64,000 bases of DNA from Candidatus Hodarchaeota archaeon (GCA_048886685.1 JBHLKM010000014.1:1-64000); one strand, 5' to 3'. Counted from the first letter of the stretch, positions 47,459 to 58,496 are shown. Numbers and translations: made by a program. The notes: generated by a model from the letters alone, not told the origin.

Positions 47459-47938
47459 ATGGAAAAAAAAGCTATTCAAGATTTTTATTCTGAGCAAATG
47501 AGCCAGTGTTATGGGTGTGGGAGACTAAATGATTCTGGTTTGAAATTAAAGAGTATTTGGAACGAAGAAGAGGAAACTAGTATTGCTACTTTCAAACCTA
47601 AATCATATTATATATCATTCCCAGGTTTTGTAAATGGTGGTTTAATAGCTTCCTTAATTGACTGTCACGGTACTGGAACTGCCGCCGCCGCAGCTTACAA
47701 AGCTGAGGGACGAAAAATGGGAACAGAACCAGAATTAAGATATGTAACTGCCTCTCTTCATGTGGATTTTTTAAAACCTACACCAATCGATGAAGAATTG
47801 ACATTAATTGCGAATGTAAAAGAAATTAAAGGCAGAAAAGTTGTAACTAAGGTGAAAGTATTTGCTGCTGAAGTGTTATGTGCCCAAGGAGAAGTTGTTG
47901 CAGTTAAGATTCCAGATTATATGATTTTTCAGAAATAG
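47459..47938 (+). CDS. PaaI-family hot-dog thioesterase
   Basis: CYGCG-x2-N, GGLIASLIDCH, VTASLHVDFLKPTP. Confidence 0.88.
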   Translation: MEKKAIQDFYSEQMSQCYGCGRLNDSGLKLKSIWNEEEETSIATFKPKSYYISFPGFVNGGLIASLIDCHGTGTAAAAAYKAEGRKMGTEPELRYVTASLHVDFLKPTPIDEELTLIANVKEIKGRKVVTKVKVFAAEVLCAQGEVVAVKIPDYMIFQK

Positions 47939-47949
47939 TTCAATAAAAT

Positions 47950-49179
47950 TTAAAGATCTAGTTTGTTGTAAATTTCTCTTTGTATAAGATACCTTAGAAT
48001 TTCTGCAGTTCCACCCCCAATTTGAGCTATTCTTACATCTCTATAATATCTTTCAAGCGGGAATTCTTTAGTGTATCCTATTCCTCCGACAACTTGGAGT
48101 GCATCACTGACGATTTTTACAGCATTATCACTTACAAGACATTTTGCTGCTGCTGCTTCCTTGGTAGCTAGTAATTTTTCATCAATCATTCTAGCAGCCC
48201 TAAGAAGCATCAATCTCCCTGCTTCGATGTTCATATACATTTCAGCTATTTTAAAACTAATTCCTTCGAATTGTCTAAGTTCCTTTTTGAATTGTTTACG
48301 TAATGATGAGTATTTAATAGCGATTTCAAAAGCCGAACGAGAAATACCTAAATACTGACTACCAACGAATACTCGCTCTGCATCAAGTCCGTATAACATA
48401 ACATTAACGCCTTCATTTTCATTCCCAATCAGGTTTTCTACAGGAACTTCACAATTATGGAATTTTAGATGAGAATTCACGCATCCTCTGCGACCCATCA
48501 ACTCGAAATCTTTTACTACCTCAAACCCCGGCGTGTCGGTTGGGAATACAATAGCACTTATACCTTCTCTTGGGTGTACATTAGGATTTGTGATACAGTA
48601 AAGAAGAATATATTTTGCTACACTACCATTTGTAATGAATCTTTTCTCTCCATTGATTATGTAATTATCACCTTTCCTTACAGCAGATGTACGTATCCCT
48701 CCAACTGCGTCACTTCCTGCGGTTGGTTCTGTAATACCTAAAGCCCCAAGAGCAGATCCGTTCATTATAGGTTTTAGAAATTTTTCATGCTGCTCATTTG
48801 TCCCAAAATGAATAATAGGAACCCCAAAAAGATTACAGCTACATCCATATATAACAGCAGTTGGATAATGAACTGCGGAAAGTTCTTCCCCAAATATCAT
48901 TCTATATACTGTGCCTTTTCCGAATCCCCCAATTTCTTTTGGAAATGCCAAAGGAAAATATCTATCTGCCAATTTACGTATAAGTTTTAAGGTTAATTCT
49001 ACATTATGCTCTCGATCAATTTGTGCAACATAAGGGTCAATTTCGTTTTTGGCATATTCTCTAATTTCTTGACGAAATTCGTTTTCTTCATCAGTAAACA
49101 TAAAAAGGCTACCTGGAGTCATACTCTCTCCATATTTAAAATTAAGATCTTCAAAATTAATATGTCCGTCTTTACTCAT
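47950..49179 (-). CDS. Acyl-CoA dehydrogenase
   Basis: ITEPTAGSD, NGEKRFITNG, RKQF, GGIGY, YYRD...IGGGT. Likely start is ATG 49179. Confidence 0.92.
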   Translation of the reverse strand: MSKDGHINFEDLNFKYGESMTPGSLFMFTDEENEFRQEIREYAKNEIDPYVAQIDREHNVELTLKLIRKLADRYFPLAFPKEIGGFGKGTVYRMIFGEELSAVHYPTAVIYGCSCNLFGVPIIHFGTNEQHEKFLKPIMNGSALGALGITEPTAGSDAVGGIRTSAVRKGDNYIINGEKRFITNGSVAKYILLYCITNPNVHPREGISAIVFPTDTPGFEVVKDFELMGRRGCVNSHLKFHNCEVPVENLIGNENEGVNVMLYGLDAERVFVGSQYLGISRSAFEIAIKYSSLRKQFKKELRQFEGISFKIAEMYMNIEAGRLMLLRAARMIDEKLLATKEAAAAKCLVSDNAVKIVSDALQVVGGIGYTKEFPLERYYRDVRIAQIGGGTAEILRYLIQREIYNKLDL

Positions 49180-49404
49180 AAGCTCCACCGATGAGTTTCT
49201 AAGAAATATATGAAATATTAATAGATTATATAAATAAAATTCCAAAATAAAATTATTTGATCGAATTAGTTGGTATTAGAAATAGAACCTGAATCGAATT
49301 CATTTTATATATTCTTATAAATATATATCCTATCGGAATCAATTCTGAAGCAAAAGATATCCCTAAAGGTACTTTAGTTGGACTGATAATTATATATTAG
49401 ACTG

Positions 49405-50055
49405 TTAAAATTGAAGATCTTCAGGATAAGGATAGCTCTTAAATGATCCTTTTTTTTTTGAATGCTTTTTAACTTCATCGCCATAAATCCATTCTAAATG
49501 TTGTTTGTATTCATTCACAGGACCACTAAGACAGAAAAAGTCTGGTGGAAGTTTATCAGGACCTGCCATCCCAGCACAGAGATATAAACCTTTCCGAATC
49601 TTTCTAACTTCATCAGTCATATCAATTATCCCACCATCATTCTTAAAAGAAGCATATTTTAATTGAAATGTAGGCTTCCCATCGATTAGTGATTCACTTA
49701 TACCTGTACGGAAACGCATATGCTGTTCTTCTTTTCCATCAATTTTCCATCGATTGTATCCTTCTCCTCTTGGCTCTAGTTTATTCGAATAAGGAGTAAA
49801 AGCTTTTCCTAACCAGTATCCTTTTTCAGTATCATAGAGCCACCATTTTGAAATTTTTTCGTTTTTTTCTGATATAAACCCTACCATAGCGCTATCATAT
49901 TCTCCATCCATTTCCTCAAAATCTGCTGATGGCAATGATTTATACAAGTCCATAATTTCTTGGAAACTAAGCTCTTTTATCTTTTCTATGGCCAAATCTT
50001 TAACAGAAATTTCTTCATGATGAGTCATTTTAAACACCATACTTAATAATTTCAT
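49405..50055 (-). CDS. Hypothetical protein, GXWXG/DUF4334-like
   Basis: LYKSLP...EEMDGEY, WLGKAF, DEVRK...YL. Confidence 0.5.
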   Translation of the reverse strand: MKLLSMVFKMTHHEEISVKDLAIEKIKELSFQEIMDLYKSLPSADFEEMDGEYDSAMVGFISEKNEKISKWWLYDTEKGYWLGKAFTPYSNKLEPRGEGYNRWKIDGKEEQHMRFRTGISESLIDGKPTFQLKYASFKNDGGIIDMTDEVRKIRKGLYLCAGMAGPDKLPPDFFCLSGPVNEYKQHLEWIYGDEVKKHSKKKGSFKSYPYPEDLQF

Positions 50056-50062
50056 CTAATAA

Positions 50063-50923
50063 TTAAATAATTTTTTCATAATCAACATAAGGACGAAATA
50101 TTCCTTGTTCTTCTGCCTTTTTCAATTCTTGGACATATAATTTTAAGTTTCCTTTCGAACCAACTCTCATTAATTTCCAATCAGTTTCAATTGCTTCTTC
50201 AGGACAGGCTTTTTGACAATATCCACAGAAAATACACGTTTCTTTTTGAATTTCAGGGGGATTTGCTTCGACATCGATAGCATTAGTGGGGCAATTTTCT
50301 TGACAAGTGAGACATTTTGTACAAATATCCTCGTTTATTTCAAATTTAGGAAAAATTCTTCTCAAAATATCTAAAGTTAAAGTCTTTGATTGTTTTGCCC
50401 ACCATGTATCCTCAATTAAATTAAATTTGGGAATCAGATCTATTTCTCCATTTTTAACCCTTAAACTAACGTTGCATATACTCCTACCAAAATCTAATGC
50501 TTCTTGAAGTTCAGTTTCGTCTGGATGTTTTATAGTATGCATAATTTCAGGATAGAATTGTAGTGATGATGCTGAATATGAGTCAAAATTACCTATTACT
50601 AAGTATTCATTTTTGCTTAATTCTTCTTTCATATAATAAAATGTATTACCAATTACACTTCCATGGGTGCAGAATATAAAACAATTCATATCATCCCCTT
50701 TTTGCATTTTTTGAATAAAATTCTTAACATTGATCGGTTCTCTATAATAAAAAGTTGGAGTACCAATACCTATTAAATCGTACTTATTCAGATTTATATT
50801 TTCAGCCTTTTTCATTTCAATTATATCGCAATTATTATCGCTATTTAAAATACCTTCTTGAATTTTAAACGCTATTTTTTCTGTTCCACCCGTTTGAGAG
50901 AAATAAATCAACAAGACATTCAT
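50063..50923 (-). CDS. Flavodoxin plus 2[4Fe-4S] ferredoxin fusion (EFR1-like)
   Basis: YFSQTGGT flavodoxin loop; two CxxCxxCxxxCP motifs. Confidence 0.88.
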   Translation of the reverse strand: MNVLLIYFSQTGGTEKIAFKIQEGILNSDNNCDIIEMKKAENINLNKYDLIGIGTPTFYYREPINVKNFIQKMQKGDDMNCFIFCTHGSVIGNTFYYMKEELSKNEYLVIGNFDSYSASSLQFYPEIMHTIKHPDETELQEALDFGRSICNVSLRVKNGEIDLIPKFNLIEDTWWAKQSKTLTLDILRRIFPKFEINEDICTKCLTCQENCPTNAIDVEANPPEIQKETCIFCGYCQKACPEEAIETDWKLMRVGSKGNLKLYVQELKKAEEQGIFRPYVDYEKII

Positions 50924-51120
50924 TAATCTTACCCTTTGAAGATATTAAATATAATATGATAATAATTCTTTCTGAGATATAAATTATCATAAATAGGAAA
51001 AATAGGATATTAGAATAAAAATCTAATTTTAGTCTCGAAGTTTGTGGAAAGTTCGCAAAATAAAACTATAATATAGACTTTGATCTACCATTATTTAGCA
51101 CAATCGGAAGTGATAATAAA

Positions 51121-51522
51121 ATGGTAGTTAGTTCACAATTCAAAAATAAAGGTTTTCATGACATACTTATATGTGGAATTTGCCATGGAGAAATAACGCA
51201 GGAAGCCGCAATTTTCCAGGAAGGGCTTCATTTTGGTGTTATTTGCTCTGAATGCTTTGTTAATAATTCGGAAAATGATATTGAGCTAATGTCTAACATG
51301 TTTTTAGCCTTTGGTGGCTTTTTTGGTATGTTAAGGGATCCTGATTATTCTATCTATGAGATGTTAAAGGATTTAATTGGGAAGATTCATGATAATAAAA
51401 AATCAATAACATCAGTAGAAATGAAAATTAGGCTACTCCATATTGCCTTACTACACGGAATTACTCCACGGGAGTTTGCTGAGTTAGATAATGGCCTCTT
51501 AAAGTTTATGTACCAGTTCTAA
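51121..51522 (+). CDS. Hypothetical protein with an N-terminal C4 zinc finger
   Basis: CGIC...CSEC. Confidence 0.65.
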   Translation: MVVSSQFKNKGFHDILICGICHGEITQEAAIFQEGLHFGVICSECFVNNSENDIELMSNMFLAFGGFFGMLRDPDYSIYEMLKDLIGKIHDNKKSITSVEMKIRLLHIALLHGITPREFAELDNGLLKFMYQF

Positions 51523-51549
51523 CAACCAGATGGCTAAAGGAGGTAAAAA

Positions 51550-51723
51550 ATGGTAAATTTTCACGCACTTCAGGAATCTTTTGCATGTAGATATCGTCAT
51601 TGTAGTAAATGTGAGGTAAAATTAGATATTTCTAATGATGAGGAAGTGGTATGCACTTTATGTGGCGAAACTTTTTGTTCTTGCTGTATATATTTACATC
51701 AGAAGAATTGTTATGGGATATAA
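51550..51723 (+). CDS. 57-aa AN1/B-box-like zinc-finger microprotein (below the ORF-track cutoff)
   Basis: Strong SD AAGGAGG. Translation MVNFHALQESFACRYRHCSKCEVKLDISNDEEVVCTLCGETFCSCCIYLHQKNCYGI. Confidence 0.75.
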   Translation: MVNFHALQESFACRYRHCSKCEVKLDISNDEEVVCTLCGETFCSCCIYLHQKNCYGI

Positions 51724-51771
51724 AGACCATTAAGGTCAAAAAATTTTGTAAAGAGATTCTCCATTATCTTA

Positions 51772-51996
51772 CTATATTTTCAACTTGAGACGATTATTAT
51801 AATTAATTCTTCTTCGCCGCCGGTAAGGTCTCTCAGGTCTTTTTAAAAAGCATTCGGGGCAATATGGGATGATAAACGGGTCTTCCCATAGATTATAAGC
51901 TGTTTCCATCGATAATGTTGGATTATCTCTTAAAAATATTTGAAAAGGTATTAATTTCCCACAATCTCCACATTCTCTAGTTTTTCCTGATTCCAT
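51772..51996 (-). CDS. Small C4 zinc-binding protein with an Arg-rich tail
   Basis: CGDC...CPEC; RPYRRRRR. Confidence 0.7.
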   Translation of the reverse strand: MESGKTRECGDCGKLIPFQIFLRDNPTLSMETAYNLWEDPFIIPYCPECFLKRPERPYRRRRRINYNNRLKLKI

Positions 51997-52117
51997 TTAT
52001 GTACACATAAGATATTTATAATTTACTTAGTAGGAGTAGAAAAAATAAAACCCTAGGAGAGTTAGCATTTTTTAAAAAATATTATGTATTTAAGACTTGC
52101 TAGAAAATAAGGATGAA

Positions 52118-53887
52118 TTAGAATTTTATAGTACCATTCATAAGATTTTGATATTTTTTTTTATCTAATATTTTATAAATGTTTGAGGTAGAGTCCCAGA
52201 AATAAATTTTATCCTTTATTTTATTGATATCATATCCTTCTTTTTTGAAGTTTACTTTTCTTAATTTATGAGTTCCTGTAAAATCTAGTTTATCCTTAAT
52301 GCGGAGAAAAACTGGGATTGAATATTTTGGAAGGTTTTCACTTAAGAATTGGGAAAACTTATTTAGATCAAGTGGAATTTCATTGCCTAATATTATTGAA
52401 ACCATACCTGCCCTTCCTTCTGAATTCGGAATTTCAACACCATATACAGTACACATTTCAATATTATCAAAACCATTTATGATCGATTCGACCTCTAAGG
52501 TTGATACATTTTCTCCTTTCCACCTAAAAGTATCTCCGAATCTATCCGCAAAAGAAACCCAGTTATTATCATGAAGAGTGACTAAGTCACCTGTATTGAA
52601 ATAAACATCTCCTTCCTCAAGAACATCCCTAAGAACTCTTGTCTTAGTTTTCTCTTTATCTTTATAACCTAGAAAGTTTGAGGTTTCTGCTATCTTAACT
52701 AACATCATGCCAGTTTCTCCAGGTTTACATTCAATATATTGGTCATTCTCATCTTTGATAAAGTCGCCCCTTTCTTCATCAATTTTCACTATAACAATTG
52801 TTCCCGCAACAGTTATTCTACCTATCATTCCAGGTACCTCTTCAATATTGAATAGACCTCCAGCACCATCTGTTGCTCCATAAAACTCTAAAAGATGGTC
52901 AATATGAAAACGGGATTTAAATTTATTCCATATATCTTTCCGGAGTCCTAAACCTAACATTTTTTTAAGTGTAGTATTTTCTACATATTCAGATTCAGGT
53001 CTATTAAGAAGATATCTCGGTAATTCTCCTATGTAAAGGACGCAAGTGGCACCATATTTTTTGATATCCTTCCAGAATTCTGATGCTGAAAATCGCTTTC
53101 TTATTGCAAAAGCGCAACCTCCATTTATAACACTACCCCATCCATTAACCATTGCGTGTGAGTGATATAGAGGTAAGGGACAATAAAGTACATCGTTTAT
53201 GGTTAGTTGAAATGCTAAATATCCAAATGGATTGAGAAGTCGTACGTTATTCTGTAAGGCTGCTTTTGGAAGCCCTGTTGTTCCAGAAGTGAATATATAC
53301 ATGGCCATATCACTTAAATATGAATTATAGGTTGTTTTAGGATTAACCGTAGAAACCAATTCTAATTCTTTACGCAAATCGACATAATTATGTTTAATTT
53401 CGTTAGGATTGTTGATAACATATATATTATTTTCATTGATCTTAAGTTCTTCAAAAACCTCGTTAAAGGCAGGCAAGCTATCCCCGCCAATAACTATCAG
53501 TTTTGGCTCGCTAATTCTAAATGCATGAATTAGAGCCTTCTTTCTTTGATTTACATTAATTAGAGAAACGATACCTTGTATTTTATTAATACCTATCGTA
53601 ATAAAAAGAAATTCGGGAGAATTTTCCATCATCATTGCAATTATATCACCAGGATTATTCCCAATTTTGAGAAAATAATTGGCAATTTTATTGCTTTCCT
53701 TATTTAAAGCTTGCCAAGTCCATGAAAGATCCTTATATAATAAAGCAGTTCTATTAGGAATATTTTCAGCATGTTGTTCTATTAAAATTCCTGGGCTCCG
53801 ATTCGGATTTTTGATCACCTCTTCAATTATTTGATTAAGCCTTTCAAGGTAATCTGCTTCTTTTTTTGTTAATTGAGTTTCTTCCAT
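52118..53887 (-). CDS. FATP/very-long-chain acyl-CoA synthetase (FadD6-like)
   Basis: YIFTSGTTGLPKAA, LPLYHS, YIGEL, DRFGDTFRWKGENVST. Confidence 0.92.
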   Translation of the reverse strand: MEETQLTKKEADYLERLNQIIEEVIKNPNRSPGILIEQHAENIPNRTALLYKDLSWTWQALNKESNKIANYFLKIGNNPGDIIAMMMENSPEFLFITIGINKIQGIVSLINVNQRKKALIHAFRISEPKLIVIGGDSLPAFNEVFEELKINENNIYVINNPNEIKHNYVDLRKELELVSTVNPKTTYNSYLSDMAMYIFTSGTTGLPKAALQNNVRLLNPFGYLAFQLTINDVLYCPLPLYHSHAMVNGWGSVINGGCAFAIRKRFSASEFWKDIKKYGATCVLYIGELPRYLLNRPESEYVENTTLKKMLGLGLRKDIWNKFKSRFHIDHLLEFYGATDGAGGLFNIEEVPGMIGRITVAGTIVIVKIDEERGDFIKDENDQYIECKPGETGMMLVKIAETSNFLGYKDKEKTKTRVLRDVLEEGDVYFNTGDLVTLHDNNWVSFADRFGDTFRWKGENVSTLEVESIINGFDNIEMCTVYGVEIPNSEGRAGMVSIILGNEIPLDLNKFSQFLSENLPKYSIPVFLRIKDKLDFTGTHKLRKVNFKKEGYDINKIKDKIYFWDSTSNIYKILDKKKYQNLMNGTIKF

Positions 53888-54087
53888 ACATTTTATCCTT
53901 AATAATTTTATTGAAAACGATTTTCAATTTGATATTGAGTACAATAATATTAGTTATATTGATATATAAATATTCTAGACATAAACTTCAAGATTTCTAA
54001 TTGAGACAGTATTGGGCTTAGATCAAGATTAATTTAATATTCAGCAATAAAGATAAAAAATTTTAAATTTGAAAGACATTACCATTT

Positions 54088-54663
54088 ATGATTTTAAGAA
54101 TTGATCATGTTTCTTTAGCGGTTAAAGATTACGATAAAGCTGTCGAATTTTTTACAAAAATTCTTGGAGCTGTTTCACAGTATAACGGTACAGATAATCA
54201 TCTAAAGTACTATTGGGAGACTTTTGCCTTAGGAGATCTTTCTCGGTTTGAAATAATAAAGCCAACCGGAAAAGGTAGTTTTCTAGAAAACTTTTTGAAG
54301 GATAAAGAAGGGGGCATACATCATCTTGTCTTACAGACACCGGATATTAATATGACAAGAGAAATTCTTGAAAAAAATAATATCCCTTACTTTGGATTCC
54401 AAAATTATGGAGAAAGGTGGAAAGAACTTTTCATTCATCCAAAAGATGCTTTTGGGGTTTTACTCCAGATTGCGGAATTTAAGGCTTCTGATTGGCTATC
54501 TCCGTCTTATAGTATGCCTGAAGATCAAAAATGGTCTGTAGTAAGAAAAAATAATGAATATATTCTCACTTTTTCTCATCCAGGTGGAGGGAAAGTAAAA
54601 ATAAGCTTAAATAGAGAAGAAGTTAATGAGTTAATTGAAGATCTTAATAAATTGTTAGAATAA
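54088..54663 (+). CDS. VOC-family protein (methylmalonyl-CoA epimerase-like) with a C-terminal extension
   Basis: IDHVSLAV, GGIHHL, FIHPKDAFGVL. Confidence 0.8.
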   Translation: MILRIDHVSLAVKDYDKAVEFFTKILGAVSQYNGTDNHLKYYWETFALGDLSRFEIIKPTGKGSFLENFLKDKEGGIHHLVLQTPDINMTREILEKNNIPYFGFQNYGERWKELFIHPKDAFGVLLQIAEFKASDWLSPSYSMPEDQKWSVVRKNNEYILTFSHPGGGKVKISLNREEVNELIEDLNKLLE

Positions 54664-54677
54664 ATTTTCTCTAATTT

Positions 54678-55565
54678 TCATTCCGTGAGTTTTTCTTTTA
54701 TCTGAACAACTAATTTTTCAGCTTCCTCAGAATCAGTTATAAATTCAATTTCATTAGGAGATGTTATTCCTACTCCTAGTTCTACTGCTCTTTTAATTTG
54801 TTCTTGCTCAAAGATTGGACCTTTTGTTACTTCAGGAGTGGTACCAAGAATTCGTAATAGTGCAACTCCAACAGCATCAATTGCAACTTTATCTGTACCC
54901 GCAACAAAGACATTTGCATCTTTACGGGTACCTTCCATTGGTCCACGATCTACGAAAGCTATAATGCCGTCCATAATGATCAAGTCAGGTTTATATACAG
55001 CATTAATTTCACCAATCATTTTCCTTTGATTCTTTGAAGAATGCAATTCCCCCATATATTTTTTATGCACTAATCCTACGGCGTTCTTAAGTGATAAGGT
55101 AAAGTGACCCCCATACATATGAGTCTTTAAGCAACAAGTTTCAACGATGCATTCCGCATCATCATAAATTTTAGCAAACAGGAATCCATCTTTCCAATGA
55201 CAATCTTCAGTTTTTTTAAGGACATATTCATCATCAGAAATATCAGTTAAATCAACGATCTTAAAACCTAATTCGTCTGCTAATGCATATAATCCTTTTT
55301 TCTCAAACGTCTCAGATGTTTTGGCAGGACCACTCCGTTCTGCAACTGTAATAGACTTTGCACCCATTTCTTTCATTTTAATAAGAATTTGTTTGACGGT
55401 ATCCATTGAACTTGATGCGGGGGGTGGATCAGCAGTATTAAAATTTGGTTTGAATACCACATTTTTATCTTTAATGGGATTAATTCCTAATAGCTCTAAT
55501 GATTTATTTACTCCGTCAATATGATTGTTCGTACAAATAATTGCGACTTTAGTCATATTAATCAC
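54678..55565 (-). CDS. DUF362 family protein
   Basis: KPN, LKTH, TLSLKN, DG-x5-GP, VAIDA. Confidence 0.85.
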   Translation of the reverse strand: MINMTKVAIICTNNHIDGVNKSLELLGINPIKDKNVVFKPNFNTADPPPASSSMDTVKQILIKMKEMGAKSITVAERSGPAKTSETFEKKGLYALADELGFKIVDLTDISDDEYVLKKTEDCHWKDGFLFAKIYDDAECIVETCCLKTHMYGGHFTLSLKNAVGLVHKKYMGELHSSKNQRKMIGEINAVYKPDLIIMDGIIAFVDRGPMEGTRKDANVFVAGTDKVAIDAVGVALLRILGTTPEVTKGPIFEQEQIKRAVELGVGITSPNEIEFITDSEEAEKLVVQIKEKLTE

Positions 55566-55721
55566 CTCACATTAGATAATAAATTGTAAGTAGGAATTTA
55601 AGATTTGCTCATTTAAAAATTAAGAATTTAACTACCCAGTTAAATACCCAAATCTTGAATTTTATGAAATAAAAAATACATTAGAAAATAAGAACTATTT
55701 TTTTAATTCCTGCTATTATTA

Positions 55722-56372
55722 CTAAAACTGAAATCCACATCCAGGACAAAATTTAGAGGTATAATCAACTTTAAATCCACACCTAGGACAATAGTTAAGG
55801 GCTCCTAAATTCTGGGTTTTTTGTATTTCATGTGTAGGAAGTTTTTTATGAGGAATGATAATTTTATCCTTTGGTCTTATTAAAAGATAATCCATAATAT
55901 TTGTAGTTATTATAATTTTATTAAATATAAATCCTAGAATCGTCAAGCTTGCGCCTGATATTGCTCCGGTTACGCCAAAATCTATAATAGCATAGTCTAA
56001 AACTTTATAGCCCTCAGGTACGAAATAACCATCCCCAAAATTATCAACATAGATAATCCAAAATAACGTTCCTGAAATTATTAGTAAGGGATATAAAACC
56101 CAGGTTTTATTTTCATCATTAAAAGATTTTTTCTCAGTCCTAACAATATTTGCAGAGTATACTAATTTAATTCCACTTATTAGAATCAACATACCAATAA
56201 TTATGCCGATAATTAAGATATCAAGCTTTTCAGTATTGAATGATAATCCATCAAAATCTTCTAATCCCCAAATCCAATAATAATAGATATTAGGATATGT
56301 GGGGAGGTATATTGCAGAGCTAAAAATCGTAATAATACATAGGATTCCTCCCACCAATGGGATAAAAAACAT
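55722..56372 (-). CDS. Membrane protein with a C-terminal zinc ribbon
   Basis: 4 TM helices; CPRCG...FCPGCG. Confidence 0.75.
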   Translation of the reverse strand: MFFIPLVGGILCIITIFSSAIYLPTYPNIYYYWIWGLEDFDGLSFNTEKLDILIIGIIIGMLILISGIKLVYSANIVRTEKKSFNDENKTWVLYPLLIISGTLFWIIYVDNFGDGYFVPEGYKVLDYAIIDFGVTGAISGASLTILGFIFNKIIITTNIMDYLLIRPKDKIIIPHKKLPTHEIQKTQNLGALNYCPRCGFKVDYTSKFCPGCGFQF

Positions 56373-56423
56373 ATTGCTTTTTTCTATTCTTTCTATATCT
56401 AATCACTTATAACTTTGTTTTAT

Positions 56424-57068
56424 TCACACATAAGGTTGTATAGGAATGAGTATATATAATATTTGCACAAAGAATAAACAGCTAAAAGTCAAAAAAAACC
56501 TATTATTTAAGTAAATTGCATATAGGAATATTATTATTATCGCTGCTAATTGAAGACAAAGAGATAATATTTCTAAAGCTAAAGCATAATCATTAAAATC
56601 AAATAAAGCTTCAATATCATTTTGATATATGAAATATTGCATCAAGGAATGAACTGTCAGCCTTAAAACACCTCCAACAATTATAAGAATTGGTGTGTAT
56701 ATCAACATTTTCTTGTAAAAATCTATATTTTTATAGAAGAAAATTAGAAAAGCAACTCCGACAATTATAAAGATGGAATTAGGTAAAATAATATATAATA
56801 TTAACACTATTGAAAAAAATGTTAATTTATCCGACTCTGATGTTATGCTAATCCCAGTAGGTATGAAGAATCTTGTAATGTACCATAAGATACTTATAAT
56901 TCCAGCAATAAATAAACTATTCAAAAATCTAGGGGCATCTTCTTCTCCTTTTAAAAAATGACTTCCAGCAACTAAAGAACCACTCTGAATGATCCATAAC
57001 ACTGTAATAATGACAAAAAAATAATTATAATCAAAATATGAAAAGGTTATTGTCATGAATAAGATCAA
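56424..57068 (-). CDS. Hypothetical polytopic membrane protein
   Basis: About 6 hydrophobic segments. Confidence 0.65.
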   Translation of the reverse strand: MILFMTITFSYFDYNYFFVIITVLWIIQSGSLVAGSHFLKGEEDAPRFLNSLFIAGIISILWYITRFFIPTGISITSESDKLTFFSIVLILYIILPNSIFIIVGVAFLIFFYKNIDFYKKMLIYTPILIIVGGVLRLTVHSLMQYFIYQNDIEALFDFNDYALALEILSLCLQLAAIIIIFLYAIYLNNRFFLTFSCLFFVQILYILIPIQPYV

Positions 57069-57212
57069 AATTTTTTTTTACTTATTCTATAAAGAAATAT
57101 ATTTCACTCTATCAGAAGAAATTAAAACGCTATTATTTATAAACTATTAATACAAAATTTTTATCCCTCAAATAATTCTCAAAAATAGAAGATCTCTATA
57201 AGACAATTAATA

Positions 57213-58496
57213 ATGTATGAGGAGCAAAAAATAAGAAATCGCTGGATTGTTGTCATTGGAGCGATCATGATCCAATTAGCGTTAGGGACGATTTATTCTT
57301 GGGGAACACTTACTGTATTTATTAGTCCGTATTTAAGTGAAATTAAAGAGGTAACTGTTTTTATTTTTGGTATTGGGTTATTATCGTTTGCAGTAACCAT
57401 GATTTTTGCTGGTCAATTACAACAAAGATATGGCCCAAGGAATATCGCTATTCTTGGAGGTGTTCTAATGGGAGGTGGTGTTATATTATCAGCATTCATG
57501 ACCACATTTATCGGTTTGCTCATCACATACGGTATTATTTTTGGGGCAGGAATAGGATTTGGATATGTGTGTCCTATAGCTTCCGCAGGTAAATGGTTCC
57601 CGGATAAAAAAGGTTTCATAAATGGGATTGCTGTTGCAGGGTTTGGAGCCGGATCATTTATTTTTAATTATGTAATAAAAGCATTAGCAAATCCTACAAA
57701 TCTTGAAACAGATCATCCAAATTTCGAACCGACTATTTCTAATAACATTCCTCTAATGTTTATTATTCTGGGAATGATATATTTAATCCTAATAATTGGT
57801 GGAGCGTTCACTTTAAGTAATCCTCCTGAAGGTTGGAAACCAGAAGGTTGGATTCCTCCAGCTCCTTCTGAGAAAAGTGGTATTTCAGGATTTGAATTTG
57901 AACGTAGTCAAACGATAAAAACACCTCAATTTTGGATGCTTTGGGCTACATTTATATTAAGTGCGATTTCTGGGTTGATGGTGATAGGATCGTATGCAGC
58001 CTTTGCAAAGACAGTAGATGCAAGTGACAATTTCATTTATACTATTGGAACAGCTGATTTTGTATTAATTGGAAGTTTAGCTGCGCTATTTAATGGTTTA
58101 GGAAGAATAATATGGGGAAAGATGGCGGATATTATAATATACAAAAGAGCGATGTTATTGATGTTTATTACACAGTCAATACTATTGTTTATATACTTTA
58201 CAACAAATATTAATGAGATTTATTTCCTAATAATGACGTGTGCTATTTATTTCTGCTTCGGAGGCAATTTTAGTTTATTTCCTACTGCTACTACTGACAT
58301 ATTCGGTTCAAAAAATTTAGGACCTAATTATGGTATGGTGTTCACAGCATATGGTATTGCTGGATTTATAGGGGCAACAATGGTAAGTGCTTTTGTTTCA
58401 ATATTTGGAAGTTATTTAATACTTTTTATAGTTATGGGACTAATGTCAGTTGGAGCTGCGATTATTGCATTTCTAATTAAACCACCAGAACGTTAA
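57213..58496 (+). CDS. MFS transporter, oxalate/formate antiporter (OFA) family
   Basis: G-x-IYSW, KWFPDKKG, NGLGRIIWG, FGSKNLG-x-NYG. Confidence 0.9.
   Translation: MYEEQKIRNRWIVVIGAIMIQLALGTIYSWGTLTVFISPYLSEIKEVTVFIFGIGLLSFAVTMIFAGQLQQRYGPRNIAILGGVLMGGGVILSAFMTTFIGLLITYGIIFGAGIGFGYVCPIASAGKWFPDKKGFINGIAVAGFGAGSFIFNYVIKALANPTNLETDHPNFEPTISNNIPLMFIILGMIYLILIIGGAFTLSNPPEGWKPEGWIPPAPSEKSGISGFEFERSQTIKTPQFWMLWATFILSAISGLMVIGSYAAFAKTVDASDNFIYTIGTADFVLIGSLAALFNGLGRIIWGKMADIIIYKRAMLLMFITQSILLFIYFTTNINEIYFLIMTCAIYFCFGGNFSLFPTATTDIFGSKNLGPNYGMVFTAYGIAGFIGATMVSAFVSIFGSYLILFIVMGLMSVGAAIIAFLIKPPER

Noticed and set aside
49331-49377. Short inverted repeats (CTAAAG-GTA-CTTTAG) upstream of the acyl-CoA dehydrogenase
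   Set aside because: Six-bp arms, single occurrence; too weak to call
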